DNA from: Candidatus Poseidoniales archaeon
GTDB taxonomy: Archaea; Thermoplasmatota; Poseidoniia; Poseidoniales; Thalassarchaeaceae
Direction: 5' to 3'
Assembly (NCBI GenBank): GCA_028821675.1
Contig: JAPKFG010000002.1
Coordinates: forward strand, 1-55,261
DNA length: 55,261 nucleotides
Part shown: piece by piece, positions 1 through 7,696 of the stretch
Numbering within the stretch: position 1 is the first letter of the stretch
Layout of the letters: each line of letters opens with the position of its first letter
The notes under the pieces: model-generated
Databases searched by the model: none
The model's input: the letters and a program-made list of their open reading frames with translations, nothing else
Told to the model about the DNA's origin: nothing
Program-made: the position numbers and the translations under genes

Positions 1-475
1 TTTCTTGCAACTGTGTTGCATCATCTGTGGCTTGCATCATTCCATGTTCTGCCGTGAAAGATGCTGCATAAACACCGCCCACCTCAGCGACGGGCAGTGT
101 GAAGGTTCCATCCCAGATGGCCGTATTGCTATCATCTTCATGGACCCCTGTCTTTGTCAGAACCACTGTTCCAACCAGATCTCCCTCTGTAGACATTGTA
201 TTTCCAAATTCTCCCAGCAAATCCATCGGCTCGATATCGAGTCTCATGATGTCAGCGGTGACAATCGTTTCACTGGTATGTCCCCGTGTCAGGGCTTGCA
301 ATTCGACATCTCCGCCAACGCTCACCAATTTGGTGATGACAGAGCCGTCAATGCTCAGAGTGTCTTGGTTTCCGTAGTTATCATTGGGTGCAGGAATCCC
401 GTCATATTCAGCCATTGCCGGCTGCATAGACATGCAGGCGAGCAGGGCTACAATCAGTACAGCAGTGCGCTTCAT
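1..475 (-). CDS. Secreted protein of unknown function, N-terminal fragment (gene runs off the left edge of the window)
   Basis: Hand translation of the minus strand from the ATG at 475-473 is stop-free down to position 1 (158 codons). It begins MKRTAVLIVALLACMSMQPAMA/EYDGIP, a classical signal peptide with an AxA cleavage site. It is absent from the ORF track because no stop lies inside the window. The + strand ORFs 5..550, 99..377 and 384..599 are antisense shadows of it. Confidence 0.6.
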   Translation of the reverse strand, partial: MKRTAVLIVALLACMSMQPAMAEYDGIPAPNDNYGNQDTLSIDGSVITKLVSVGGDVELQALTRGHTSETIVTADIMRLDIEPMDLLGEFGNTMSTEGDLVGTVVLTKTGVHEDDSNTAIWDGTFTLPVAEVGGVYAASFTAEHGMMQATDDATQLQE

Positions 476-529
476 GCGCGCGCATGGGAGCTGCGTCGTA
501 TATTATCCATCCGTAAAACCGACTTTTTC

Positions 530-1567
530 CTACGAAATACTCACTGCTAGCCTCAAAAAGCCTGCTTCATCGACTAAGGATGCACACCCACGTCCCTGAA
601 AATCCACCTCGGTCCAAGTGCCTGCCACAGGCGTGAACGACGTGCTTGGCAGGGCTAGCGCTTCGAGATAGATGCTCATTGGTGCCACTGCAGTTGAACC
701 AAATCCATTCACTGACCATGCTTGTGCTGAGGTTACAGTTTGATTCTCACCAAGACACCAACCATGCAAATCAGATGTTTGTTCATCAAGTTCGAGCAAT
801 TCACGAATCTGTTCAGTGTTTGTCGGTGTTTGATTGGTACTAGACACATTCTCAAGTTGAATCCAAGGGCTTGGATGTGCAATTTCCATCGCAGCCTTCA
901 CTGGCTCAAGAACAGAGGTGAGGTCAATATCAGATTGCGAACCTGAATTGCATGTGAAAGTGTCAGGAAGACAGCCTCTGGTATGTCGTGAACCGTCTAG
1001 AAGTGATTCGATTAGAATCCATGGCCCAGTACGACTCTCGCCCTCTGAGAACGCTGCATTGAATCTATTTTCAGGCTGCCACATCGGTGGGACATGTACA
1101 ATCATAATGTCCCATTGAGATGAGAGATCTCCGGCATCCCAATCGAAAGTTAACCATTCACGATCAATCAGCCCATCTCCACCGGATTCGCGTAGATGCA
1201 AGATACTTAGTTGAGCTTCTACTCGACCCATGCCACCAGGGCCACCTTGCAATTCGGTGACATTGACTTGTCCTTGCATTGAGATTCCTGTGCAATTCGA
1301 GCATTCTGCACTGACTACACCTTGAACATGCATATCCACCGTTGCTTTTGCTCCACGATCGAAATCATTCAATCCCAACGCATTCATTGATGCCCGGGTC
1401 GAAAGGGTGACCGTACCAGACATTTGAGTAACTTCTAGGTCGACTTCTGTTTCTGGATTCGGGTCGAATCCAATAGACAGGGTGGCTAGAATGACAAGTC
1501 CTAGAACCATCCATTCATTCCCAGTCCCCATAAACTTCCCATCCGGGTTGTAAACAGGATCTGCCAT
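530..1567 (-). CDS. Membrane-anchored extracellular protein, unknown function
   Basis: 345 aa ORF. After about 17 residues there is one hydrophobic helix (WMVLGLVILATLSIGF), followed by a Thr/Ser/Gly-rich soluble part. I recognise no catalytic motif. The + strand ORFs inside it are short and look like noise. Confidence 0.6.
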   Translation of the reverse strand: MADPVYNPDGKFMGTGNEWMVLGLVILATLSIGFDPNPETEVDLEVTQMSGTVTLSTRASMNALGLNDFDRGAKATVDMHVQGVVSAECSNCTGISMQGQVNVTELQGGPGGMGRVEAQLSILHLRESGGDGLIDREWLTFDWDAGDLSSQWDIMIVHVPPMWQPENRFNAAFSEGESRTGPWILIESLLDGSRHTRGCLPDTFTCNSGSQSDIDLTSVLEPVKAAMEIAHPSPWIQLENVSSTNQTPTNTEQIRELLELDEQTSDLHGWCLGENQTVTSAQAWSVNGFGSTAVAPMSIYLEALALPSTSFTPVAGTWTEVDFQGRGCASLVDEAGFLRLAVSIS

Positions 1568-1626
1568 AGCCTTCCACCCGCCTCCATTCTATTTGGGTTC
1601 TTCACAGATATTGTTCAGATTGAATA

Positions 1627-1930
1627 GGTGGGCATTCCCGGGGTGGACATCCGTTTCACCGCAGGAGAATGCACCCGTATTCTCCACCCCGGTTCTCCAC
1701 GGCATCATTGGCTTCGGGTAGGGCTGCTCCATTCCTGGCCTGACCTGATCCCCCGATAATTGAATTTCTATTTTCTTCCGAATACAGTTCTCCAAAACCA
1801 CGATCTCATGAAGGCGAGGCATCTACGTCCACAGATGCGTCCTACAATGCTCGGTTTTGCCGCCCCCGGGCGTTCGGACCGCCATGTTGCGATTTGCGAT
1901 ACAGGGGACGCCAACCCCCCTCCTAGCCCA
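1627..1930 (-). ncRNA. Signal recognition particle RNA (archaeal 7S/SRP RNA); ends approximate to about 10 nt
   Basis: The minus-strand RNA contains four SRP RNA signatures. (1) The helix-8 signature GGUCAGGCCA-GGAA-UGGAGCAGCC (1745-1722), compared with the universal GGUCAGGUCC-GGAA-GGAAGCAGCC. (2) A hairpin with a GGAA tetraloop just 5' of it (1790-1762), placed as helix 6. (3) A helix-5 pairing GGUUUUGG (1799-1792) with CCGAAGCC (1717-1710), extended by AUCGU/AUGAU. (4) A 5' Alu-domain-like segment containing CCUGUA (1907-1896) and GGCGGUCCGAACGCC. The ~304 nt length fits archaeal SRP RNA. A TATA-like TTGATAT lies about 25 nt upstream of the proposed 5' end. Confidence 0.8.
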
Positions 1931-1967
1931 ACATTAGGGCCAATGCGGGCCCATATCAATCCAACGG

Positions 1968-2342
1968 TCAGGCTTCAGCCTCATATTTTGACGGACAACC
2001 CGTCTTAATCTCGTAGGCATGCATGGTCCAATCTTCACCGTTCACAGTCAATTCACCACGCACAGAGATGGTCTTCCCCTCATCAACCCCAGAGGGTAGA
2101 GAAGCCCCGCTGAAATCAACCACGATGGTGTGATTTCCTCCTTGTAGAGAGAGCGAATCGTTGTTCATGTCAATGCTCAGTACTGATCCATGCAATCGGA
2201 ACGTGTCACCTTCGTATTGTTCGGGGGATTCCATCAATTGGTCGACGGATAAATCTACTTCTGGTTCGACAGTGATGGACATTAGTCCTATGAGTGCAGC
2301 AAGCATTCCGATGGTTACTAGAATGCGAATCCGTCGTTCCAT
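1968..2342 (-). CDS. ccmE: Cytochrome c maturation heme chaperone CcmE, CXXXY variant
   Basis: 124 aa with an N-terminal membrane anchor (ILVTIGMLAALIGLMSI). The body is OB-fold-like with CcmE-type spacing (FRLHGSV...VDFSGASLPSGVDEGKTISVRGEL). The C-terminal motif is C-P-S-K-Y (TGT CCG TCA AAA TAT, 1997-1983) at the position of the HxxxY heme-binding motif of canonical CcmE. Confidence 0.75.
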   Translation of the reverse strand: MERRIRILVTIGMLAALIGLMSITVEPEVDLSVDQLMESPEQYEGDTFRLHGSVLSIDMNNDSLSLQGGNHTIVVDFSGASLPSGVDEGKTISVRGELTVNGEDWTMHAYEIKTGCPSKYEAEA

Positions 2343-2346
2343 TTAT

Positions 2347-3450
2347 TCAGCTCCGGTGTGCATGTCCCACGGCTTCGGACAAGCTCTTGTACCCATGTTC
2401 CTTGAGTTTACGATTTAGTCCTTTGTTGATGACTTTCATGACACCGGGTCCTTCAAACACCAATGCACTATACAATTGCAACAGGCTTGCTCCCGCTGCA
2501 ATCTTCTCCCATGCACTTTCAACATCCGAAATGCCCCCCACTCCTACAATGGGCAACTTCCCGTCAGTATGAGCGTACAAGACACGGACCACCTCTGTAG
2601 AGCGAGCACGTAGAGGTGAGCCGGACAATCCACCGGTTTGGTCCATCACACCACCTTCGTCCGGACGTGAAGTGGTGGTATTTGTTGCGACAATGCCTGC
2701 ACAATCCTGTGACATCGCTGTATCTGCAATCACTTTGATCTGATCATCGGCCAAATCTGGAGATATTTTGACGAGAATTGGCTTTGGTTTTTCACCCGTA
2801 TCCTTTGCGAGTCGTTGATTTACATCGTTACAGGCCGTCAGAATTCTGTCTAACTCAGAGCCTGCTTGCAACTCCCTAAGATTCGGAGTATTGGGACTTG
2901 AGACATTGACCACGAATAGATCAGCGAAGCCCCACAATCGTTCCATAGTACCGGCATAATCCATATCAGCCTCATCATTGGGTGTATCTTTGCTCTTGCC
3001 AAGATTTATTCCAACAGGAATCGATGCCCACTTCGCTTTCGATTTGAGTTTCGCTAGATGCACAGCCATGGCTTCTGAGCCAAGATTGTTGAATCCCATT
3101 CGGTTGATGAGGGCACTGTGCTTACCACTGCGAAACATTCGTGGCTTAGGATTACCCTCTTGCGGATGAAATGTGATACCTCCAATCTCAATCCAGCCAA
3201 AGCCTACATTCTCCCAATTAGGGATGTTACTACCATTTTTGTCCATTCCAGCGGCCATGCCGACTGGATTCTCAAAAGAAAGTCCCATGATTTCACTTTG
3301 AACAGCTGGTGAGCGATACATTCCGCGGAGAATGGCCCGTAATCCGGGTAATGATCCTATTCGAATGTTCTTCAATGAGATTGAGTGTAACGTTTCGGAA
3401 CCAAATAGCCCCATCATTGGGCGCACAAATACTCGCCAGAATAGCCCCAT
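2347..3450 (-). CDS. pyrD: Dihydroorotate dehydrogenase (quinone), class 2
   Basis: 367 aa carrying the class-2 DHODH motif series: ENPVGMAAGMDKNG, GWIEIGGIT, NRMGFNN, GINLGKSK, VVNVSSPNTPNLRELQ, PILVKISPDL, GIVATNTT, GGLSG, PIVGVGGI, QLYSALVFEGPG. The N-terminal extension is typical of membrane-associated class 2 enzymes. Confidence 0.95.
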   Translation of the reverse strand: MGLFWRVFVRPMMGLFGSETLHSISLKNIRIGSLPGLRAILRGMYRSPAVQSEIMGLSFENPVGMAAGMDKNGSNIPNWENVGFGWIEIGGITFHPQEGNPKPRMFRSGKHSALINRMGFNNLGSEAMAVHLAKLKSKAKWASIPVGINLGKSKDTPNDEADMDYAGTMERLWGFADLFVVNVSSPNTPNLRELQAGSELDRILTACNDVNQRLAKDTGEKPKPILVKISPDLADDQIKVIADTAMSQDCAGIVATNTTTSRPDEGGVMDQTGGLSGSPLRARSTEVVRVLYAHTDGKLPIVGVGGISDVESAWEKIAAGASLLQLYSALVFEGPGVMKVINKGLNRKLKEHGYKSLSEAVGHAHRS

Positions 3451-3505
3451 TCAGGACATGGGGCCGGGACGGTATTCTTCAAGCGTTCCCCCTCATCGCG
3501 AGTTA

Positions 3506-3925
3506 ATGGACGAGAAGACGCCGTGCATTGCTGAGGCAGCGAGACGACTGCTTAAGACCGAAGGATGTACATTGGAAGTCACCCCTTCTCTCTCAAGATC
3601 AGCCAATGAACTCGCTTTGCACATCTCTGATTCATTGCCTTCTCTTCTCCGCGAGCCAGACGTTTCATCAGAAGTCGATTGGACATTTGTTTGCATTAAG
3701 GCAGATGGGCAGTTGATTACACGCATAGGAGGGCACGAACCATCTCTTGATGCCTGTTGGATTCCAGATACAGGTGAAGGTGTCGAGAATTTATGGTCGA
3801 GATTTATTCAAAATGTGTCCGATTTAATGATTGCCGGATATCCCGGTTGTGTGGGTTGTGGAGGACCTGGTTCTGAAGGTGTCTGGGACGAAACGGCTTC
3901 GCGCGCGCGTACGCGCGGGACCTGA
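3506..3925 (+). CDS. Hypothetical protein (139 aa)
   Basis: The track ORF 3332..3925 overlaps pyrD in antisense for its first 119 nt. The first ATG outside pyrD is at 3506 (MDEKTPCIAEAARRL). I recognise no family. The C-terminus carries GYPGCVGCGGPG. Confidence 0.4.
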   Translation: MDEKTPCIAEAARRLLKTEGCTLEVTPSLSRSANELALHISDSLPSLLREPDVSSEVDWTFVCIKADGQLITRIGGHEPSLDACWIPDTGEGVENLWSRFIQNVSDLMIAGYPGCVGCGGPGSEGVWDETASRARTRGT

Positions 3926-3944
3926 GGGGTTACGTAGTAACCCC
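3926..3944 (+). terminator. Perfect 8-bp hairpin immediately after the stop codon (GGGGTTAC-GTA-GTAACCCC)
   Basis: Read directly from the sequence. It starts 1 nt after the TGA at 3923-3925 and follows a 14-bp alternating-CG palindrome (CGCGCGTACGCGCG, 3904-3917) inside the gene's 3' end. No oligo-T follows, so a terminator role is speculative. Confidence 0.3.
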
Positions 3945-4020
3945 AAGGAATATGACTCGCTTCAAATCGTAGCAGCGTTTATCGGGGGTCCTGTGTGGGC
4001 CGTCGCCGGGTGGAATAATC

Positions 4021-6381
4021 ATGGACATGTTGATAGTCGAATCAGGGGCCAAATCGAAGACGATTCAGAAGTACCTCGGGAAGGGCTGGATTGTGGGTGC
4101 TTGCAATGGTCACGTTCAGGACCTACCTACAAGCCGTACCAAGGATGGGAAGAAGGCGATGTGGGCCTCTACAGCGGACAAGTTGCCTCAGCCACCATGG
4201 GAATGGACCGACGAAAAGGCAGAACGTACGATTGGCAAACTTTTGGCCAAAGCGAAATCTTCGAAGGTTGAGAATGTTTACATTGCAACTGACCTAGATC
4301 GCGAAGGCGAATTCATCGCTTGGCGTTTGTTCGAGATTTTCACTGCCAAGGGATTCAACAACGTTTGGCGCATTACATTCAATGAAATCACCAAGACCGC
4401 AGTTCAAGCGTCGATTGATGCGCGAGGTAATGTTAATCAGAATCTAGTTTCTGCTGCAATGGTTCGTCGATTTATGGATCGCCTCGTCGGTTTCCGTTCT
4501 TCCAAGTTCAGTCGATCATGGTCTCTCCCCGCGATGGGGCGTGTCCAGACTCCGACTCTAGGATTCATCGTCGACAAGGAACTTGAGCGTGAGGCTTTTG
4601 TCCCCCTACCCTACTTCGCAGTTCACGCCGATGCTGGAGGACTTCGATGGAATGCACGTTTCCACGACAAAGACGACACCGAAGCATGGGTGGATGACAA
4701 GGGCAAGTTCCATGCCGGTCGAACCAATGATGCCGAACTCGCTAATGCTGCATATGCTGCATCATCAGATGGCCTTACGATTTCCACAGTTGAGCCTGGT
4801 AAATACCAGCGGAACCCAGATCCTCCTTTCACCACAGATACACTGTTAATGAAGGCAGGTTCAGAAATGAATTGGAATCCTCGAAGAAGCATGAAAATTG
4901 CCGGCGAGTTGTACAATGCCGGACATATCACCTACATTCGAACTGACTCAACTCGGACTAATGCAGGTGCCCGTGAGGATATCAAGTCACACATTCGAGA
5001 AACATGGGGTGAAGATCACATCGGAAAGGGAGTTGTTGGTTCAGATGCCAAAGGAAAATCCGGAAAATCCAATGTTCAAGATGCGCACGAAGCCATTAGA
5101 CCCACACGCCCCAAAATCAACTCACCTGATGGATTGAATAGTGACCAAGCTCGACTCTATCGTATCGTTTGGGCACGTTTTGCTGGAAGTCAGATGAATG
5201 CGAGCCAATATGAGAGGTTGTCAATGACAGCAGAAGCGGACGGATTCAGCCGCCCATTTACTGGCACCGCTTCGTGGCGCGTTCATCGTGGTTGGGAAGC
5301 GGCTTTCGAGGGAATCCGCAAGGAACCTTCCATCGCGCCACCTTCGTTTGACGCGAAACCTGGCACTTCTCTACCTCTTGATTCAGTGGATGAAGGTGAG
5401 GAGAATCCTTCTCTGCGTGAAGATGAAACAAAACCACCTTCTCGGTACAAGCAGCATTCAATCGTCCAGAAGATGAAGAGTGAAGGTATTGGACGCCCGT
5501 CCACCTATGCTACAACAATCGGTAAACTATTGACTCGAAAGTATGTGCTTGAAGAAAACGGATCTCTTATCCCTTGCGATTCAGGTCGAACTCTTTGGCT
5601 TGATGTCGCACCCTACTATGATCGCAGTAGCCATGGTATCGATGGCCATTTGTTTAGTACCGATTTCACCTCTGAGATGGAAGCCGTTCTAGATGAAATC
5701 GAATTGGGAAATTCTGCTGCGCCAATGGCATGGCATACATTTTGTGCCCATTTCCAAGCTCTACACCTCGCCGCCCTTGAGAAGAAAAAACTCACACCTA
5801 CACCCAAACAACTGTCATATTTCACCCAGATTACTAAAAAGTTGCCCGATGAAGAAATTGCCTCGTTCACTGGTGGCAAAGCACCCGATGAGATGACCGG
5901 GGGTGAGATGCGGAATGTGATTGATGTCATCATAAAGGCTCACCCTGTTGAGACTCAACCCGCTAGCGAAAAACAGGTTAATTGGATTGTTTCATTGGCA
6001 AAAAGTGCAGAATTGTCCGAGGCCGAAGCTTCAACTCTGGTTGGTGTCAAATCCTTTGATGAATTGACGGGTAGCCGCAAAGGCAATGCTAGTAAACTCA
6101 TTGAGATTCTATTAACAAAATCTAAAGATGCACCTAGAGAAGCTTCTCAGAAGCAATTGGATTGGATCAAGAAGTTGGTTATTAAGGCCGAATTGAATGA
6201 AGCCGATGCCTGCGCATTGGTTGATGCTAGCGTCTATGGTGACCTCCACGGGGGAGTCGGGGGGACGGCAAGCAAACTGATTACACTCCTTTCCAAGCGA
6301 ACCCGGGGAACTGGAAAGAAACGAAAATCTAAGAAGGCCTCTAAAGGTAAGAAAAAACCGTCTGATGCCGCTAAAGACTGA
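4021..6381 (+). CDS. topA: DNA topoisomerase, type IA, with three C-terminal helical repeats and a Lys-rich tail
   Basis: Toprim motifs are present (LIVESGAKSKTIQKYLG, ACNGHVQDLP, ATDLDREGEFIAWR). The active-site Tyr context is GHITYIRTDSTR (TAC at 4933-4935), and QDAHEAIRPT is also present. The C-terminus has three ~55 aa repeats (xKQLxxIxxLAK...ASKLIxxLL) and a KKRKSKKASKGKKK tail in place of Zn ribbons. Confidence 0.93.
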   Translation: MDMLIVESGAKSKTIQKYLGKGWIVGACNGHVQDLPTSRTKDGKKAMWASTADKLPQPPWEWTDEKAERTIGKLLAKAKSSKVENVYIATDLDREGEFIAWRLFEIFTAKGFNNVWRITFNEITKTAVQASIDARGNVNQNLVSAAMVRRFMDRLVGFRSSKFSRSWSLPAMGRVQTPTLGFIVDKELEREAFVPLPYFAVHADAGGLRWNARFHDKDDTEAWVDDKGKFHAGRTNDAELANAAYAASSDGLTISTVEPGKYQRNPDPPFTTDTLLMKAGSEMNWNPRRSMKIAGELYNAGHITYIRTDSTRTNAGAREDIKSHIRETWGEDHIGKGVVGSDAKGKSGKSNVQDAHEAIRPTRPKINSPDGLNSDQARLYRIVWARFAGSQMNASQYERLSMTAEADGFSRPFTGTASWRVHRGWEAAFEGIRKEPSIAPPSFDAKPGTSLPLDSVDEGEENPSLREDETKPPSRYKQHSIVQKMKSEGIGRPSTYATTIGKLLTRKYVLEENGSLIPCDSGRTLWLDVAPYYDRSSHGIDGHLFSTDFTSEMEAVLDEIELGNSAAPMAWHTFCAHFQALHLAALEKKKLTPTPKQLSYFTQITKKLPDEEIASFTGGKAPDEMTGGEMRNVIDVIIKAHPVETQPASEKQVNWIVSLAKSAELSEAEASTLVGVKSFDELTGSRKGNASKLIEILLTKSKDAPREASQKQLDWIKKLVIKAELNEADACALVDASVYGDLHGGVGGTASKLITLLSKRTRGTGKKRKSKKASKGKKKPSDAAKD

Positions 6382-6478
6382 AGGACGAGTTCTCGTCAGG
6401 CTAGCAAATCAAGAAAAACGAAGAAGTCTTGATTCCTATGGGCGAATCCTGATAGGTCACCTACGGTGCCTTGGTGAC

Positions 6479-7687
6479 ATGCCTGCCCATGATTATGATG
6501 TCATCATCGTAGGTGCGGGCCCTGTCGGTGGCCATCTTGGTCGAATACTATCTGAACATGGATTGCATGTGCTGATACTCGAGGAACATCGCGAGATTGG
6601 CAAACCATTCCAATGTGCTGGACTCGTTACTCCATCGGCCATGCAGCGTGTGGACTTGTACAACACCATTCTGAGTGATGTATGGGGGGCTCGAATGTAC
6701 AGCCCTGGCGGGCGCCCCGTTGAAATTGGCCAACCATCCGTCATCCGAACTCATGTCGTCTGCCGAAAATTGTTCGATGAAGGATGTGTCCGTCAAGCGA
6801 TTGAGTCCGGCGCCACTTTGTGGGTCGACTCAAAGCCGACAGATGCTGTAGTCGATTCCGATGGTGTCAGTGTCACCATCAACCGTGAAGGACAGATTCA
6901 AACGCTTCGAGCCAAACTTCTGTGTGGTGCAGATGGTGTTCATTCGTGGACTCGCCGCCACTTTCGATTTGGCCGTCCTAAGGAATTCATGATTGGATTT
7001 CAAGCAGAAGTTTCGGGATACGAAGGCGTACCCGGGCGTCTAGAGATGTTCTCAGGCGAGGATGTCGCACCTGGGCTGTTTGCATGGGCTATTCCGAATG
7101 GACAAACACATCGAATTGGCGTTTGGGTCCACCCCGAACGATTGGCAGGACGTTCTTGTGAAATGCTCTACGATGCTTTGCTCGCACATCCACTTTGGAA
7201 AGATCGATTTACGGGCATTCATGAAACAGCTCGCTTCTGCGGCCCATTGGCATGTGGCTTACTCAAACGAATCTACAAACAACGTGTATTGCTATTCGGT
7301 GACGCCGCCGGCCTATGCAAGCCAACGACGGGTGGTGGTATTGGCCCTGGTTTTGAGCAAGTACATCTTCTCGCACCAAATCTTGTCAAGGCCGTTTTGG
7401 CCAACGATTTGAGTGAATCCAAGCTCAAACGGGTTTGCAAACCGATGGAAAAGGTCAGAAAAGAGCAGGAAAGAGCCAGAATATTGCGTGATCTATTCGT
7501 CTCTTCATGCGATGATGATGAACTTGAAGCCACCTTTGAGATATTCGCGCGAGACCACGTAGTCTCACTAATCAATGAAGTTGGTGATATTGAAAAGCCC
7601 GTTCCTCTTGGAATTCGTTTGCTCAAGGATATTCCTGAATTTCGTCGTATGGCCGTACGCGCAACTTGGGCGTTACTGACGGGCTGA
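6479..7687 (+). CDS. Geranylgeranyl reductase family flavoprotein (digeranylgeranylglycerophospholipid reductase-like)
   Basis: FAD fold YDVIIVGAGPVGGHLG...LILEEH, plus FQCAGLV, LCGADGVHS, FAWAIPNG and LLFGDAAGLCKPTTGGGI, which are typical of archaeal GGR. The start is moved to the ATG at 6479, because the track start 6365 overlaps the topA 3' end. Confidence 0.85.
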   Translation: MPAHDYDVIIVGAGPVGGHLGRILSEHGLHVLILEEHREIGKPFQCAGLVTPSAMQRVDLYNTILSDVWGARMYSPGGRPVEIGQPSVIRTHVVCRKLFDEGCVRQAIESGATLWVDSKPTDAVVDSDGVSVTINREGQIQTLRAKLLCGADGVHSWTRRHFRFGRPKEFMIGFQAEVSGYEGVPGRLEMFSGEDVAPGLFAWAIPNGQTHRIGVWVHPERLAGRSCEMLYDALLAHPLWKDRFTGIHETARFCGPLACGLLKRIYKQRVLLFGDAAGLCKPTTGGGIGPGFEQVHLLAPNLVKAVLANDLSESKLKRVCKPMEKVRKEQERARILRDLFVSSCDDDELEATFEIFARDHVVSLINEVGDIEKPVPLGIRLLKDIPEFRRMAVRATWALLTG

Positions 7688-7696
7688 GGTGTTTCC

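Noticed and set aside
5-599. Plus-strand ORFs 5..550, 99..377 and 384..599 from the track
   Set aside because: They lie antisense to a stop-free minus-strand frame that begins with a clear signal peptide at 475. Their products are Cys/His/Arg-rich noise with no recognisable features.
1589-2008. ORFs 1589..1822(-), 1760..2008(+) and 1768..1959(-)
   Set aside because: They overlap each other and cover the SRP RNA. Their translations are low-complexity (Pro/Arg/Gly-rich) and overlap the ccmE 3' end.
3332-3505. N-terminal 58 codons of track ORF 3332..3925
   Set aside because: This part is antisense to the well-supported pyrD gene. The first ATG outside pyrD (3506) is used instead. Similar 5' trimming was applied at 6365->6479, 8751->8847, 32174->32408, 35837->35918 and 40630->40552, in each case because the extension overlaps a confident neighbouring gene.
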